The position numbers and the translations under genes were made by a program. A DNA stretch of 64,000 nt from an uncultured Candidatus Rokubacteria bacterium. GTDB lineage: Bacteria; Methylomirabilota; Methylomirabilia; Rokubacteriales; CSP1-6. The notes beneath the pieces are model-generated. The model saw nothing but the letters and a program-made list of their open reading frames with translations. It had not been told where the DNA came from and did no database searches. Below are positions 35,340 to 45,622 of the stretch, piece after piece; positions within the stretch are counted from its first letter, which is position 1; every line of letters starts with the position of its first letter. Location: contig CAVWWD010000008.1 in assembly GCA_963758635.1 (NCBI GenBank), forward strand, positions 128,001 to 192,000, read 5' to 3'.

Positions 35340-36515
35340 GGCTGGGGGTCTCCCTGGGATGTCGGCGAGCTGCGGCGAGGATCTCCGCGCGGTGCTGGTC
35401 GAGCGACGGCGCGGTGGCGCGGGGCGAGCCGTCCACGAACGGCGCGAGGCCGGGCGCGCGCGGCACGGGCACCTGGCCCACGCCGGGCTGCTGGAGCCAC
35501 GCCACCGCTCCCGTGGCCTCGACGTGCGGGTGCTTGAGGAACTCGAGGTAGTCCTGCACGGGCTGGTGCATGAGGCGGGCCTCGCGCAGGCGCGCGCTCC
35601 ACTCCACGTTGCCGCGGCGGGCGAAGCCGGCGTTGAGCCGCTCGGTGAGCAGCGGCCACGTGCGCGAAGCGCGACTCGTCGGTGGAAAAGCGCGGGTCGC
35701 TGCCGCACGTCGGGAAGCTCGAGCACGTCGCAGAGCGTTCGGAACTCGGCGTCGCTCTGGATCACCAGGCACATCCAGCCGTCAGCGGTGGCGAAGTTGC
35801 CCGACGGCGTGAAGCCCGGCCGCATGGTGCCGCCCTCCAGGTAGCTGGCCATCACGTGCACGCACTGGAGCGCGGCGGCCGAGCGCATGAGGCTCGTGTC
35901 GATGTGGCAGCCCCACGGCAGATCGCGGCGCGCGTAGAGCGCGGCGGACAGCGCCTGGAACGCGTAGAGCGCGGTGGACATGTCGACCACGATGTTCCGC
36001 ACGCGCTGCGGCACGCCGTCGGCGCCGCGGTTCGCCCACATGAGACCGGTGAAGGCCTGGAGGACAGGATCCATGGCGGGCCGGTCGCGCTCGACGCCCC
36101 ACTGCCCGAAGCCCGACACCGAGAGGTAGACGACCCGCGGGTTCGCCGCGGAGATCTCCTCGTAGCCGACGCCCAGGCGCACGGCCACGCCGGGCCGGAA
36201 GCCCTCCACGAACACGTCGGCGCGCGCGGCGAGACGGCGCAGCACGGCGAGGTCCTCCCGCGTCTTCAGGTCCAGGACGATGCTGCGCTTGCCGAGGTTG
36301 CCGGCGATCGAGAACGCCGTCTGGTCTCCGTAGCGGCGGCCGAGGCGGCGGGCCCAGTCGCCGCCCGGCGGCTCCACCTTGACGACGTCGGCGCCGTGGG
36401 CGGCGAGCAGCATCGCGGCGTAGGGGCCGGCGATGCCCTGGCTCAGGTCGACGACGCGGAGCCCGGCGTAGGGCGCGTCGTACGAGGCGGGGGGCGCATT
36501 CTGGGGGCGATCCAC
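35336..36515 (-). CDS. CaiB/BaiF family III CoA-transferase (several frameshifts in the 3' part)
   Basis: [13 protein letters not shown]...[13 protein letters not shown]...GKRS...EGFRPGV. Confidence 0.88.
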
Positions 36516-36602
36516 GTCGACGAATGATAGACGAGGCGCTCCGCGCCCGGCAAGCGGGCGCGCGCCGCGCTCGCGCTATGATCGGCCGCGGTGGTCCGGA
36601 TC

Positions 36603-37334
36603 ATGGCTCGCCTTCTCGCCGTGAGCGAACGCGTCCTCGCGCGCCTCGGGGGCGGTCTCCCGATGGGGCTCGCGCTGGCCGTGCTCCTCGCCCTCCTGAT
36701 GGCGAGCGCCGACGCGCAGACCCTGCTCGACTTCGTCACGCTGGACGGCATCGACTACATCCGGTGGGCGGACGAGCCGGGGCGGGCGCTCGCCGCCGGG
36801 GACCTGGGCGGCGAGTTCGCGACGATCGCGTGCTCGGTGGGCGAGGACTCCCGGACCTGCTCCTACGGGCTGGACGCGGCCGCGGCGTTCATGCCGGCGG
36901 GCAGCCGCGTCTACGCCGTTCGCGGCTACGCGACGGAGTTCCGGCTCGCCGTCGCGTGGAGAGACCGGATCTTCCTCTACCAGGCGTGGCGCAACCCGCG
37001 CGCCAGGGTCGGCGCGCACCTGTATCCGCTGCGAGGGCAAGGTCGTCGCCATCGACGTGGAGGCCGGCGCGGCCACGCCCCCGTCGCCGCGGCGTCCGTC
37101 ACGGGTCGCCGCGGAAGGCGGACGTCCGCATGCTCGTGGACCTGGTGCTGCGGGGCGCCGTGCGCCCGGCGCGCGCGCGCCGCGGCGGGAGAGCCGCGCT
37201 ACTGGCTCACGTTCTGGCTGGCCGATGGCACCACGCTCGACCGTCCGTACGCCCCGTCCACGGGCGAGCTCATGGGCGGCGTCGTGGTGCCCGCCGAGTT
37301 CCGTCAGATCCTCGCGCGCTACGCGGATCGCTGA
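36603..37334 (+). CDS. Hypothetical exported protein (probable internal frameshift)
   Basis: Hydrophobic N-terminus; GC-biased codons; no recognised family. Confidence 0.5.
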   Translation: MARLLAVSERVLARLGGGLPMGLALAVLLALLMASADAQTLLDFVTLDGIDYIRWADEPGRALAAGDLGGEFATIACSVGEDSRTCSYGLDAAAAFMPAGSRVYAVRGYATEFRLAVAWRDRIFLYQAWRNPRARVGAHLYPLRGQGRRHRRGGRRGHAPVAAASVTGRRGRRTSACSWTWCCGAPCARRARAAAGEPRYWLTFWLADGTTLDRPYAPSTGELMGGVVVPAEFRQILARYADR

Positions 37335-37374
37335 CGGTCAGTCGGCCGTCCGTCGTCTCGCCGCGCGCGCGCGC

Positions 37375-37896
37375 TCACGCGCCGGCGAGCCAGCCCGCGA
37401 GCCCGCCGAGCAGGACCACCGCGATCGGCGGGAGCCAGCCGCGCCACAGCACGCCGAAGGCGGCCACGGCGATGCACGCGGTGAGCGGGTCGTAGACGGA
37501 TGAGCGTCCCAGCGTCCACGCGCCCGCCATCATGAGGCCGATGCCCACGGGCAGGATCGCCTGCTCGATCGCCCGGGGCCACGGGCGCTCGCGGAGGCGC
37601 GTCCAGTACCGCGCGGCGAGCCCGGCGGTGGCGGCGGCGGGCAGGAACATGGCCGCGCCCGCCACGCCCGCGCCGAGCAGGCCGTGCGCATGGTAGCCGA
37701 TGAATACGACCACGAGCATGTTGGGCCCCGGCGAGAGCTGGCAGAGCGCATAGCCGTCGACGAACTGCTGCGCGGTGACCCAGCCGAACCTCTCGACGGA
37801 CTGCCGCTGCATCTCGGCGAGGACGCCGAGGCCGCCGCCCACCGCGAGGAAGCTCAGCCAGAGGAACGTCCACGCCATCCACGCGAGGTCGGTCAC
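37375..37896 (-). CDS. chrA: Short-chain chromate transporter (ChrA half)
   Basis: LSFLAVGGG, CQLSPGPN, MFLPA. Confidence 0.85.
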   Translation of the reverse strand: MTDLAWMAWTFLWLSFLAVGGGLGVLAEMQRQSVERFGWVTAQQFVDGYALCQLSPGPNMLVVVFIGYHAHGLLGAGVAGAAMFLPAAATAGLAARYWTRLRERPWPRAIEQAILPVGIGLMMAGAWTLGRSSVYDPLTACIAVAAFGVLWRGWLPPIAVVLLGGLAGWLAGA

Positions 37897-38444
37897 GTCT
37901 CGGGGCTCCGGTCCGGCGCCCGCGAGCGGAGCAGGACGCCCGCCGATCCCACCAGCAGGATCACGAGCGCGGTGTTCACGCCGAGCGGACCCACGGCGAG
38001 GAAGGTCGCCGCCGCGGCGAGAGCGCGGCGCCGGTCGCGCACGACGCTCACCGCGAGGCGCACCGCGGTCATCGCCACGAGGCCCACCACCGCGGCGCTC
38101 ATGCCGTGCAGGAACGGCCGGACCGCCGGCGTGAGGCCCACCTTGAAGTAGAGGATGGTCAGCGCGAGCACGACGAGGGCGCCGGGCAGGAGCAGGGCCA
38201 CGCCGGCCGCCGCCGCTCCGCGCCCGCCGGCGAGCCGGTAGCCCAGGAGCACGCCGAGGTTCGAGAAGTTCGGCCCGGGCAGGATCTGGGAGAGCGTGAA
38301 GTCCTGCGCGAACTCGCGGTTCGACAGCCAGGGCCGCCGCTCGACGACCTGGCCGTGGAAGTAGGCGCTGCGCCCGCCGCCGAGGCTCGTGAGGCCGGTC
38401 CAGGCGAACACCTTGATCAGCCGCGACAGGCTCACGCGCGCCAC
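37893..38444 (-). CDS. chrA: Short-chain chromate transporter (ChrA half)
   Basis: TSLGGG, SQILPGPNFSN; paired with the adjacent half. Confidence 0.85.
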   Translation of the reverse strand: MARVSLSRLIKVFAWTGLTSLGGGRSAYFHGQVVERRPWLSNREFAQDFTLSQILPGPNFSNLGVLLGYRLAGGRGAAAAGVALLLPGALVVLALTILYFKVGLTPAVRPFLHGMSAAVVGLVAMTAVRLAVSVVRDRRRALAAAATFLAVGPLGVNTALVILLVGSAGVLLRSRAPDRSPET

Positions 38445-38532
38445 GATCGGAGACGGTAGCACGGGGCCCCGGGGTATGATGAGGCCCACACGTCCCGTCC
38501 GGGCCGTCCCCGCGGCCCAGAGGAGAGCGGTC

Positions 38533-39033
38533 ATGGAACTCATCGGCAGGATGCTCGACGGATCGATCTCCTACGATTCGCAGAGCGGGCTCGAGCCCTC
38601 CTCCTCCGGTCTGCGCCAGGACGACAAGATCGATCGGCTCGAGGAGGTCTCGCTCTTCCAGGGCTGCAGCCGCCGTCAGCTCCGCCACATCGCCCGCATC
38701 GCGGAGACCTTCGACGCTCCGCCCGGGATGCCGCTGGCCCGCACGGGCGAGCCGGGCAATCAGTTCTTCCTCATCCTGGACGGCACGGCCCGGGTCGAGG
38801 TGTCACCGGAGAAGCAGAGCCAGCTCCACCCGGGTGACTACTTCGGTGAGATGAGCCTGCTCGACGGCGAGCCGCGCTCCGCCACCGTGATCGCCGAGAC
38901 GCCGATGCGCGTGCTCGTGATCAGCCGGCGGAACTTCAACACGCTCCTCGGCGAGGTCCCGGGCCTGATCCAGAACATCCTCGTCACCCTGTCCAAGCGC
39001 GTGCGCCGCGCCGAGGGCGCCGTCGGGCGGTAG
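38533..39033 (+). CDS. Cyclic nucleotide-binding domain protein
   Basis: GDYFGEMSLLDGEPRSATV. Confidence 0.88.
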   Translation: MELIGRMLDGSISYDSQSGLEPSSSGLRQDDKIDRLEEVSLFQGCSRRQLRHIARIAETFDAPPGMPLARTGEPGNQFFLILDGTARVEVSPEKQSQLHPGDYFGEMSLLDGEPRSATVIAETPMRVLVISRRNFNTLLGEVPGLIQNILVTLSKRVRRAEGAVGR

Positions 39034-39072
39034 CCCGCTCCACGCGCTGAGCGTCGCCGCGCCGGCGCGGCG

Positions 39073-39990
39073 TCAGCGCGCGTCCCGGTAACGCTCCACC
39101 GCGGCCTGCATGTCGGCGGGAAGCGCGGCCCGGCACTCGATGCGCGCGCCGGACACGGGATGCGCGAACCCCAGCAGCGCGGCGTGCAGCATCGGCCGCG
39201 CGAAGAAGGCCGCCGCCCCCGCGTCGCCGTAGGTCACGTCGCCCATCACCGCGTGGCCGATCCCCGCGAGGTGCACGCGGATCTGGTGCATGCGCCCGGT
39301 GCGGGGCCGCACCTCCAGCAGGGTGGCGCCGGGCGAGAGCCGCTCGGCCACGCGGAACTCCGTCACCGCGCCCCGCGGCTTTGCCGAGCGCGCCGAGACG
39401 CGGCGGCCGTCGCGCACGTCGCGTCCGATCGGGCGGTCGATCACGCCGCCGCGCCTCACCGCGCCCGCCACGAGGGCCAGGTACATCCGGTCGATCGAGT
39501 GCGCGCGGAACTGTCGGGAGAGGTCGCGGTGGGCGCGATCGGTCTTGGCCACGACGACCACGCCGCTCGTGCCCTTGTCGAGCCGGTGGACCAGCCCGGG
39601 CCGGATCCGCTGCCCGCCCGCGTTCGCCGTGCGGCCCACGTGGTGCACGAGCGCGTTCAGCAGCGTGCCCGTCCAGTTGCCCGGCGCCGGATGCATCGTC
39701 ACGCCGGCCGGCTTGTCCACCACGAGCAGCTCGCCGTCCTCGTGCAGCACGCGGAGCGGCCGGTCCTCGGGCGCGACGGCGATCGGCGGCCGGACGGCCA
39801 GGTGGCTGGCGATGACGTCGCCGGGGCGGATGCGCTGGGCGGCCTTGGCGCGCCGGCCGTTGACCGTGACGAGCCCGCTCGCGATCCATCGCTGCACGGC
39901 GGCGCGCGAGACGTTGGCGCTCTGCGTGCTCACGAAGCGGTCGAGCCGCCGTGGCGACTGGCCCGGGGGAACGACGGTCACGCGCTGCAC
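39073..39990 (-). CDS. rluD: RluA/RluD family 23S rRNA pseudouridine synthase
   Basis: S4 domain RLDRFV; HRLDKGTSG; TGRMHQIRVHL. Confidence 0.88.
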   Translation of the reverse strand: MQRVTVVPPGQSPRRLDRFVSTQSANVSRAAVQRWIASGLVTVNGRRAKAAQRIRPGDVIASHLAVRPPIAVAPEDRPLRVLHEDGELLVVDKPAGVTMHPAPGNWTGTLLNALVHHVGRTANAGGQRIRPGLVHRLDKGTSGVVVVAKTDRAHRDLSRQFRAHSIDRMYLALVAGAVRRGGVIDRPIGRDVRDGRRVSARSAKPRGAVTEFRVAERLSPGATLLEVRPRTGRMHQIRVHLAGIGHAVMGDVTYGDAGAAAFFARPMLHAALLGFAHPVSGARIECRAALPADMQAAVERYRDAR

Positions 39991-40128
39991 GACGGTGGGC
40001 CTTTTCTACCCATCTCCCGGAATGTTACGTCGTCGCGGCGGGAGCGTTCCTGTGGAACCGATGGAGTCACCCGTGGTGCGCGAGCCGGACACGGTCAGGC
40101 CATCTTGGCCGTACCCGACTCGGCGTGG

Positions 40129-41581
40129 TCAGCCATGGCGGCGCCTCAGGCCTGCCGTGCACAGCCGCCCCGGTCGGGCCGCGGGGCGCGTCTTCGCGTC
40201 GGCAGCGGCGAGGAGCTCCCGGAAGGCAGGCTCGTAGGCCTCGGCGTAGCTCGGAAACGGGTGGACCACGTCGGCGAGCACCTCGAGGGGCACGCGCGCC
40301 CGGATGGCCAGGGCCGCCTCGCCGATGAGCTCCTCGACGTGGGGGCCGATGGCCGATGCGCCCAGGAGGACGCGCTCCCCACGATCGGCCACGAGAACGA
40401 TCATTCCCGTCTTCACTCCCGTCACGTGGGCGCGCGCCGTCCCGCCGAGCGCGAACGTGGCGACCACCGCGTCGTGCCCCTGCTGGCGGGCGGCCTCGGA
40501 CGTGAGGCCCACCGAGGCCACGGCGGGATCGGTGTAGACGCCGCGGGGGATCGCGCGGGTGTCGACCCGTGTCTCCCTGCCGAGGAGGTTCGCGGCGATC
40601 GTCCGGGCCTGGTAGTTCGCGGTGTGCGTGTAGCGCCCGACCGCCGTCACGTCCCCGGCGCCCCATACGTGGCGCTGTCCCCGGACGCGGCAGTGGTCGT
40701 CCACCGGAAGGTCGCGGCGCGCGTCCAGCTCGATGCCGAGCACGTCCAGGCCGATGCCGGCCGTGTTCGCGCGCACGCCGGGGGCGAGGATGAGCCGCTC
40801 GACGGTCGACGACGAGCCGTCGTCGAGGACGACGCGCGCGCCGCCCGAGACGGCCTCGACGCGGATTGACGCGCACGCCCACGCGCACGTCGATCCCATC
40901 CCCGCGGAGCTCGCTCGCGAGCGCATCGGCCACCGCGGGCTCCTCGCGCGGAAGGAGGCGGCGCGCGCGCTGCACCAGGCTCACGCGGGAGCCGAACCGC
41001 GCGAGCACCTGCGCGATCTCGCAGCCGACCGGACCGCCTCCGACGACGACCGCGGACTCCGGCAGACGCGCTGACGAATAGAAGTCCTCGCTGGTCCAGG
41101 GGTCGATGTCCTCGATGCCGGGCAGCGTCACCTCGCGGAGGCGGCTGCCCGTGGCGACGATCAGGTCGCGCCACCCGAGCCGGGAGTCTCCCGCGACGAG
41201 CGTGCCGGGACCCTCGATGCGGCCGCGGGCCCGGATCACCTCCACGCCGGCCTTCTGGAGCTCGGCGGTGGCGCGCGCGTCGCTCCGGTGCTCGGCGACG
41301 GCGTCGCGCCGCGCCACCGCCGCGGCGTACGCGTCGCGGTCGTCGTCGAGCGCGGCAGGGCGGCTGGTCGCGCCCATCGCCCGCGCGGAGGCGCGCAGAC
41401 CGTGGCGGAGCTCCGCCGCCAGGAGCATGGCCTTGCTGGGCATGCACGCGAAGTAGGGACACTCGCCGCCGACCAGGCCCTGCTCCACCAGCGCCACGCG
41501 CCGGCCACCCCGGGCGAGGAGCGAGGCCGCGGTCTCGCCCGCCGAGCCTCCGCCGAGGACCACGACATCCCACGTGTCCAT
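40129..41581 (-). CDS. Dihydrolipoamide dehydrogenase / mercuric-reductase family disulfide oxidoreductase (frameshift ~40865)
   Basis: GGGSAG, GGECPYFACMPSK redox disulfide, GGGPVG, HPFPSYAE. Confidence 0.88.
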
Positions 41582-41676
41582 GCATGTGAGCGTCCGCCCG
41601 TTCCGGGACTCTGTCCAGCCATTGCCCCGCCCGCGCGGCCACCGGCGGCACGCGGCCGGCACGGCGGGCGGCCCGT

Positions 41677-43221
41677 TCAGGCGCCGAGGATCGAGCGGAG
41701 GTGGTCGTTCAGGAACCGGCCGCGGGGGTCGAGGCGGCGGCGGACGTCGTGGAACCGGTCCCACAGAGGATAGAGGGCGGCCAGCTCACGGGCGGTGTGG
41801 GTGTGCATCTTGCCCCAGTGCGGGCGTCCGCGGTGATTGCGGAAGACCGCCTCGACGTCCGCGAAGAACGCCTGGTGCGGGAGCTGGGCCGCCTGGTGCA
41901 CGGAGATGGTGACGGTCGGGCGCCCGTACGCTGGGCTGAGCGGGATGTCGTCGGCGGCGACCGTCCGGTACTCCACGGGCCAGGCGACGTCCGCGTGGCG
42001 GCCGCGCATGAGGTCGCGGATCTCCTGCATGCACTCGGGCCCGTCCTCGGCGGGGAGCGCGAACTCCATCTCGTTGAACGTGAACGTCCGCTCCGAGGGG
42101 AAGACCCGATCGCTCCAGTCGATCCGCTGGCCCGGCGCGGGCTCGCCGGGATCGCGATGGGTCGGGTTCAGCGACTTCATCGCGCAGGCGTCGCCCCGGG
42201 AGCTCCAGAAGAACTCGAAGTGATGGTTGTCCGAGATCATCCGGCCCAGCGCGTCCATGGCGCGCGAGAACGGCCAGTCCCAGCGCATCTCGTGCAGCCG
42301 GTACGCGGGGAGGAGGCGAAGCCGGACACGCGTGACCACGCCGAACGCGCCGAGAGCCACCCGCGCCGACTCGAACACGGCGGGCTCGACCGTGCTCGAG
42401 CACTCGACGCGCTCGCCGCCGGCGGTGACGAGGGTGAGGCCGGTGACCTGGGTGGAGATGCTGCCGAACCACGCGCCGGTTCCATGGGTGCCCGTGGAGA
42501 TCGCGCCGGCGATGGTCTGGCGGTCGATGTCGCCCATGCTCTCCATGGCGAGCCCGCGGGAGCGGAGGAGCGGGCCGAGCGCGCGGATCGTGCTGCCGCC
42601 CCACACCGTGGCCTCGCCGGCCGGGGCATCGGCCGACACGATCCCGCTGAGCCCGTCGAGCGACACGATGACGCCGTCGGACGCGCAGAGGGCCGTGAAC
42701 GAGTGTCCGGTGCCGGCCACCCGGATGGGCAGCCCCGCGCGGCTCGCGTCACGGACGACCGCCGCGACCTGGTCCTCCGTGGTGGGGGCCTCGATGCGGC
42801 GGGGACGGCAGCGGACCGAGCCCGACCAGTTGCGCCACTCGCCGGCCGCGCCGTGCCCCGGTCCCGGCACGCTGCCCGCGCTGTCGTCGAGCCGATCGCC
42901 GTCGTCCTCGACCCAGGTGTCGTCCTCGGCCCAGGTGAGGACGAGCCGGGAGCGGTCGAGGAAGTTCTCGTTGTCCTCGCCGGCGCGGCGGCCCTCGGGC
43001 GTGGAGGCGGCGCGATCGGCGGCCTCGCGCGACGCGAACCAGAGCGCGGCGACGCCGTCCATCGGCGCCAGGGGAGGCACCGTCTCGACGGTCCGGGCGA
43101 GCACGTAGCCGGTGAGACCGGGCATCAGCCGGACCAGCGGCGCGTGCACGTCCGTCCAGTGATGGTCGAAGGCCTCCGCGGAGAGCCCGGGGCGGCGATG
43201 GACGGTGCCGAGCCGCTTCAC
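41677..43221 (-). CDS. EthD-like domain fused to FAD-linked aldonolactone oxidase (ALO/GULO-like)
   Basis: N-terminal RRPGLSAEAFDHHWTDVHAPLV; then WRNWSG, GTGHSF, GAISTGTHG, GRPHWGK, LDPRGRFLN. Confidence 0.82.
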   Translation of the reverse strand: MKRLGTVHRRPGLSAEAFDHHWTDVHAPLVRLMPGLTGYVLARTVETVPPLAPMDGVAALWFASREAADRAASTPEGRRAGEDNENFLDRSRLVLTWAEDDTWVEDDGDRLDDSAGSVPGPGHGAAGEWRNWSGSVRCRPRRIEAPTTEDQVAAVVRDASRAGLPIRVAGTGHSFTALCASDGVIVSLDGLSGIVSADAPAGEATVWGGSTIRALGPLLRSRGLAMESMGDIDRQTIAGAISTGTHGTGAWFGSISTQVTGLTLVTAGGERVECSSTVEPAVFESARVALGAFGVVTRVRLRLLPAYRLHEMRWDWPFSRAMDALGRMISDNHHFEFFWSSRGDACAMKSLNPTHRDPGEPAPGQRIDWSDRVFPSERTFTFNEMEFALPAEDGPECMQEIRDLMRGRHADVAWPVEYRTVAADDIPLSPAYGRPTVTISVHQAAQLPHQAFFADVEAVFRNHRGRPHWGKMHTHTARELAALYPLWDRFHDVRRRLDPRGRFLNDHLRSILGA

Positions 43222-43603
43222 GCCGCCGGCCTGGCGGCGCCGGCGCGGGCGGCCTTTCCATGAACCCGCCGCCCTGAGGCCAGCCTGGAGGCGACACCAC
43301 GATCCGCTCCTCCATGAGCCCGCCCTGCGGCCAGCCCGGCGCCTCCAGCGAGCCGATGCGCTCGAGCAGGTAGCGGAGCCAGCGCCCTGCCGCGGCTTCT
43401 CGGGCCGCCGCCGGGTCGTCCCAGGCGATCTCGTCGATCCCGTCGGCGTGGGGCGCGGGCTGGTCGGCGGCGGGACGGCCGAGCGCGATCCGCGGCGCGC
43501 CCGGGAGCTTCGCGAGGCCCTCGGCGTAGGGGCCGCGCCACACCTCCAGCCAGTCGGCCGCCGACACCTCGGCGAGGCGGCGGTGGAAGACGTAGAGCTT
43601 CAC
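43218..43603 (-). CDS. EthD-like small protein with internal duplication (frameshift near the 3' end)
   Basis: FHRR...WLEVWRGPYA...DGIDEIAWDD; PGWPQGG..ME occurs twice. Confidence 0.55.
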
Positions 43604-43613
43604 GCGGGGATGT

Positions 43614-44123
43614 TCAGCCGGCGGTGGCGAGGCCCGGCACGACCTGCACCGCGGGCATCCGGCGGAGCACCTCGGGGGACACCTTGATCTTCGAGGATCG
43701 GCTGCCGCCGCCGAGGATCACCCAGTCGAGCGCCATGATCCGGTCGTCGACGTAGATCGGCATGTCGGGCGGGAGCGCGAGCACGGTGACGCCGCCGATC
43801 ATCATGCCGGTGAGCGCCTTCGTGTCCTCCGCGGTGGCGAAGGACAGGCGCGAGACGCCCATGAGCCCGCGGACGGCGTGATTAACGTCGAGCTTCGTGT
43901 GGGCCAGCACCAGGCAGGCCGCGAACTTCCGCGGCTCCTTCTTCGAGCCCACGATGATCGTGTTGCCGGATTGCTCCGGCGCGAAGCCGTACTTCTCGCA
44001 GAACGCCGCGGTGTCCGCGTACGCGGGATCGATGCGGATCAGCTCGTGAGGCACGCCGAGCCCGGCCAGCGCCTCGTTGACCTGCGCTTCCACGACGGCA
44101 TCCGGCGTCTCCTGGTCGCTCAT
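43614..44123 (-). CDS. YbaK/EbsC aminoacyl-tRNA editing domain protein
   Basis: LTGMMIGGVTVL, GGGSRSSKIKV. Confidence 0.82.
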   Translation of the reverse strand: MSDQETPDAVVEAQVNEALAGLGVPHELIRIDPAYADTAAFCEKYGFAPEQSGNTIIVGSKKEPRKFAACLVLAHTKLDVNHAVRGLMGVSRLSFATAEDTKALTGMMIGGVTVLALPPDMPIYVDDRIMALDWVILGGGSRSSKIKVSPEVLRRMPAVQVVPGLATAG

Positions 44124-44277
44124 GAGGCCACACCATATCATCGCGGCGGCCCGGCGGGGAGCCCGGCTCGGCGTACAATGCTGCCCGCGAGACCGGAGGA
44201 CGACGCCGGGCCGCCGCGAGCGGCCGGCGGCGGCCGCGCGGGACCGAAGCCCGTTGAGCCGCTCAAGGAGGAGCGCC

Positions 44278-45622
44278 ATGACGACCCCGTTGCGCGTGGC
44301 CCACTACATCAACCAGTTCTTCGCGGGCATCGGCGGCGAGGAGCACGCCGACGTGGGCGTGTCGATGCGCGAGGGCCCGGTGGGCCCGGGACGCGCGCTC
44401 CAGGCCGCGCTCGGCGACGCGGCGCCGCGTGGTCGGCACCGTGATCTGCGGGGACAACGCGATCAACGAGCGCGCCGACGAGATGCTGCCTGCCATCGCC
44501 GCTCACCTCCGCGCGCTCGCCCCCGACCTGGTGGTGGCCGGCCCGGCCTTCGGCTCCGGGCGCTACGGCCTCGCGTGCGGGCTGGTGTGCCGGACCGCGC
44601 GTGACCTGGGCCTGCCCGCCCTGACCGCCATGCATCCGGAGAATCCCGGCGTCCCGAGCCATCGTGGCGCCGTCGTGATCGTGCCCACCGGGGAGAGCGC
44701 GGCGTCGATGTCGTCGGCGCTCGAGTCGGTGACGCGGCTCGGCCTCCGGCTCGGGCGCGGCGAGACGCTGGGACCGGCGGAGGTGGAGGGCTACATCTCG
44801 CAGGGCGTGCGCCGCGTGTGGGACCGCGGGCGGCCCGGGTACCAGCGGGCGCTCGACATGCTCCTCGACAAGCTCCACGGCCGGCCCTTCACCAGCGAGG
44901 TGCCGTTCCGCGCGCCGGAGCGGGTGACGCCGGCCGCGCCGCTCGCCGACCTCTCCCGCGCGCGCATCGCGATGGTGACGACGGGCGGCCTCGTCCGCAA
45001 GGGCAACCCCGAGCAGCAGTCGGCGGCGAGCGCCGTGCGCTATCACCGCCACTCGGTGGCGGAGCTGGAGTCGCTCTCGCCCCAGGAGTGGGAGGCGTAC
45101 CACGCCGGCTACTTCAACCACATCGTGAACAAGAACCCGAACTACATCCTGCCGCTCTCGTTCCTCCGCGACCTGGAGCGGCAGGGCCGGATCGGGAAGG
45201 TGCACGAGTGGATCTACGCGCTGCCCGGCGTGAGCACGCCGGTCGCCATGTCGGCGAACCTCGGCAAGAGCATCGCCGAGGACCTCCGGGCGGGCGGCGT
45301 CGAGGGGGTGCTCCTCGTCGCCACCTGAGGGACCTGCAATCGTTGCGGCGCAACGATCGCAAAGGAGATCGAGCGGGTCGGCATTCCGGTGGGGATGATC
45401 TCGGCCATCTACGCGCTGGCGCTGACCACCGGCGCGAACCGGGTGGTCCGCGGCGCGCGGATCGAGCACGTGTGCGGCGACCCGAGCCTGGGGCCGGACA
45501 AGGACTACGCGTACGGCATGCGCATCGTGACCACCGCGCTCGGCGCCATCGGAAGCGCGGTCAGCGGCCCGACGCTCTTCGACCCGCTCGCCGCGGAGGA
45601 GGAGCCGGCCCATGCGTCTTGA
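44278..45622 (+). CDS. grdB: Glycine/sarcosine/betaine reductase selenoprotein B (Sec at TGA 45326-45328; frameshift ~44425)
   Basis: HYINQFFAGIGGEE, AGPAFGSGRYG; VAT-TGA-GTCNRCGATIAKEIER = UxxCxxC motif; frame continues to 45622. Confidence 0.92.
45335..45361 (+). promoter_or_regulatory. Bacterial SECIS hairpin of grdB
   Basis: tgc-a-atcgttgc [ggc] gcaacgat-c-gca; G-initiated loop 18 nt after the UGA. Confidence 0.8.

Noticed and set aside
33786..36515. 909-aa apparent CoA-transferase/LLM/integrase fusion
   Set aside because: Artefact of frameshifts joining three separate genes and remnants in one frame
37375..41581. Heavy-metal resistance island (chrA plus merA)
   Set aside because: The disulfide reductase lacks the C-terminal Cys-Cys pair of MerA and there are no mer or chr regulators; short-chain ChrA pairs are common
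43614..44123. Functional link between YbaK and selenocysteine decoding
   Set aside because: Only adjacency (divergent from grdB) supports it; YbaK-family genes are common and no mechanism can be supported from the sequence
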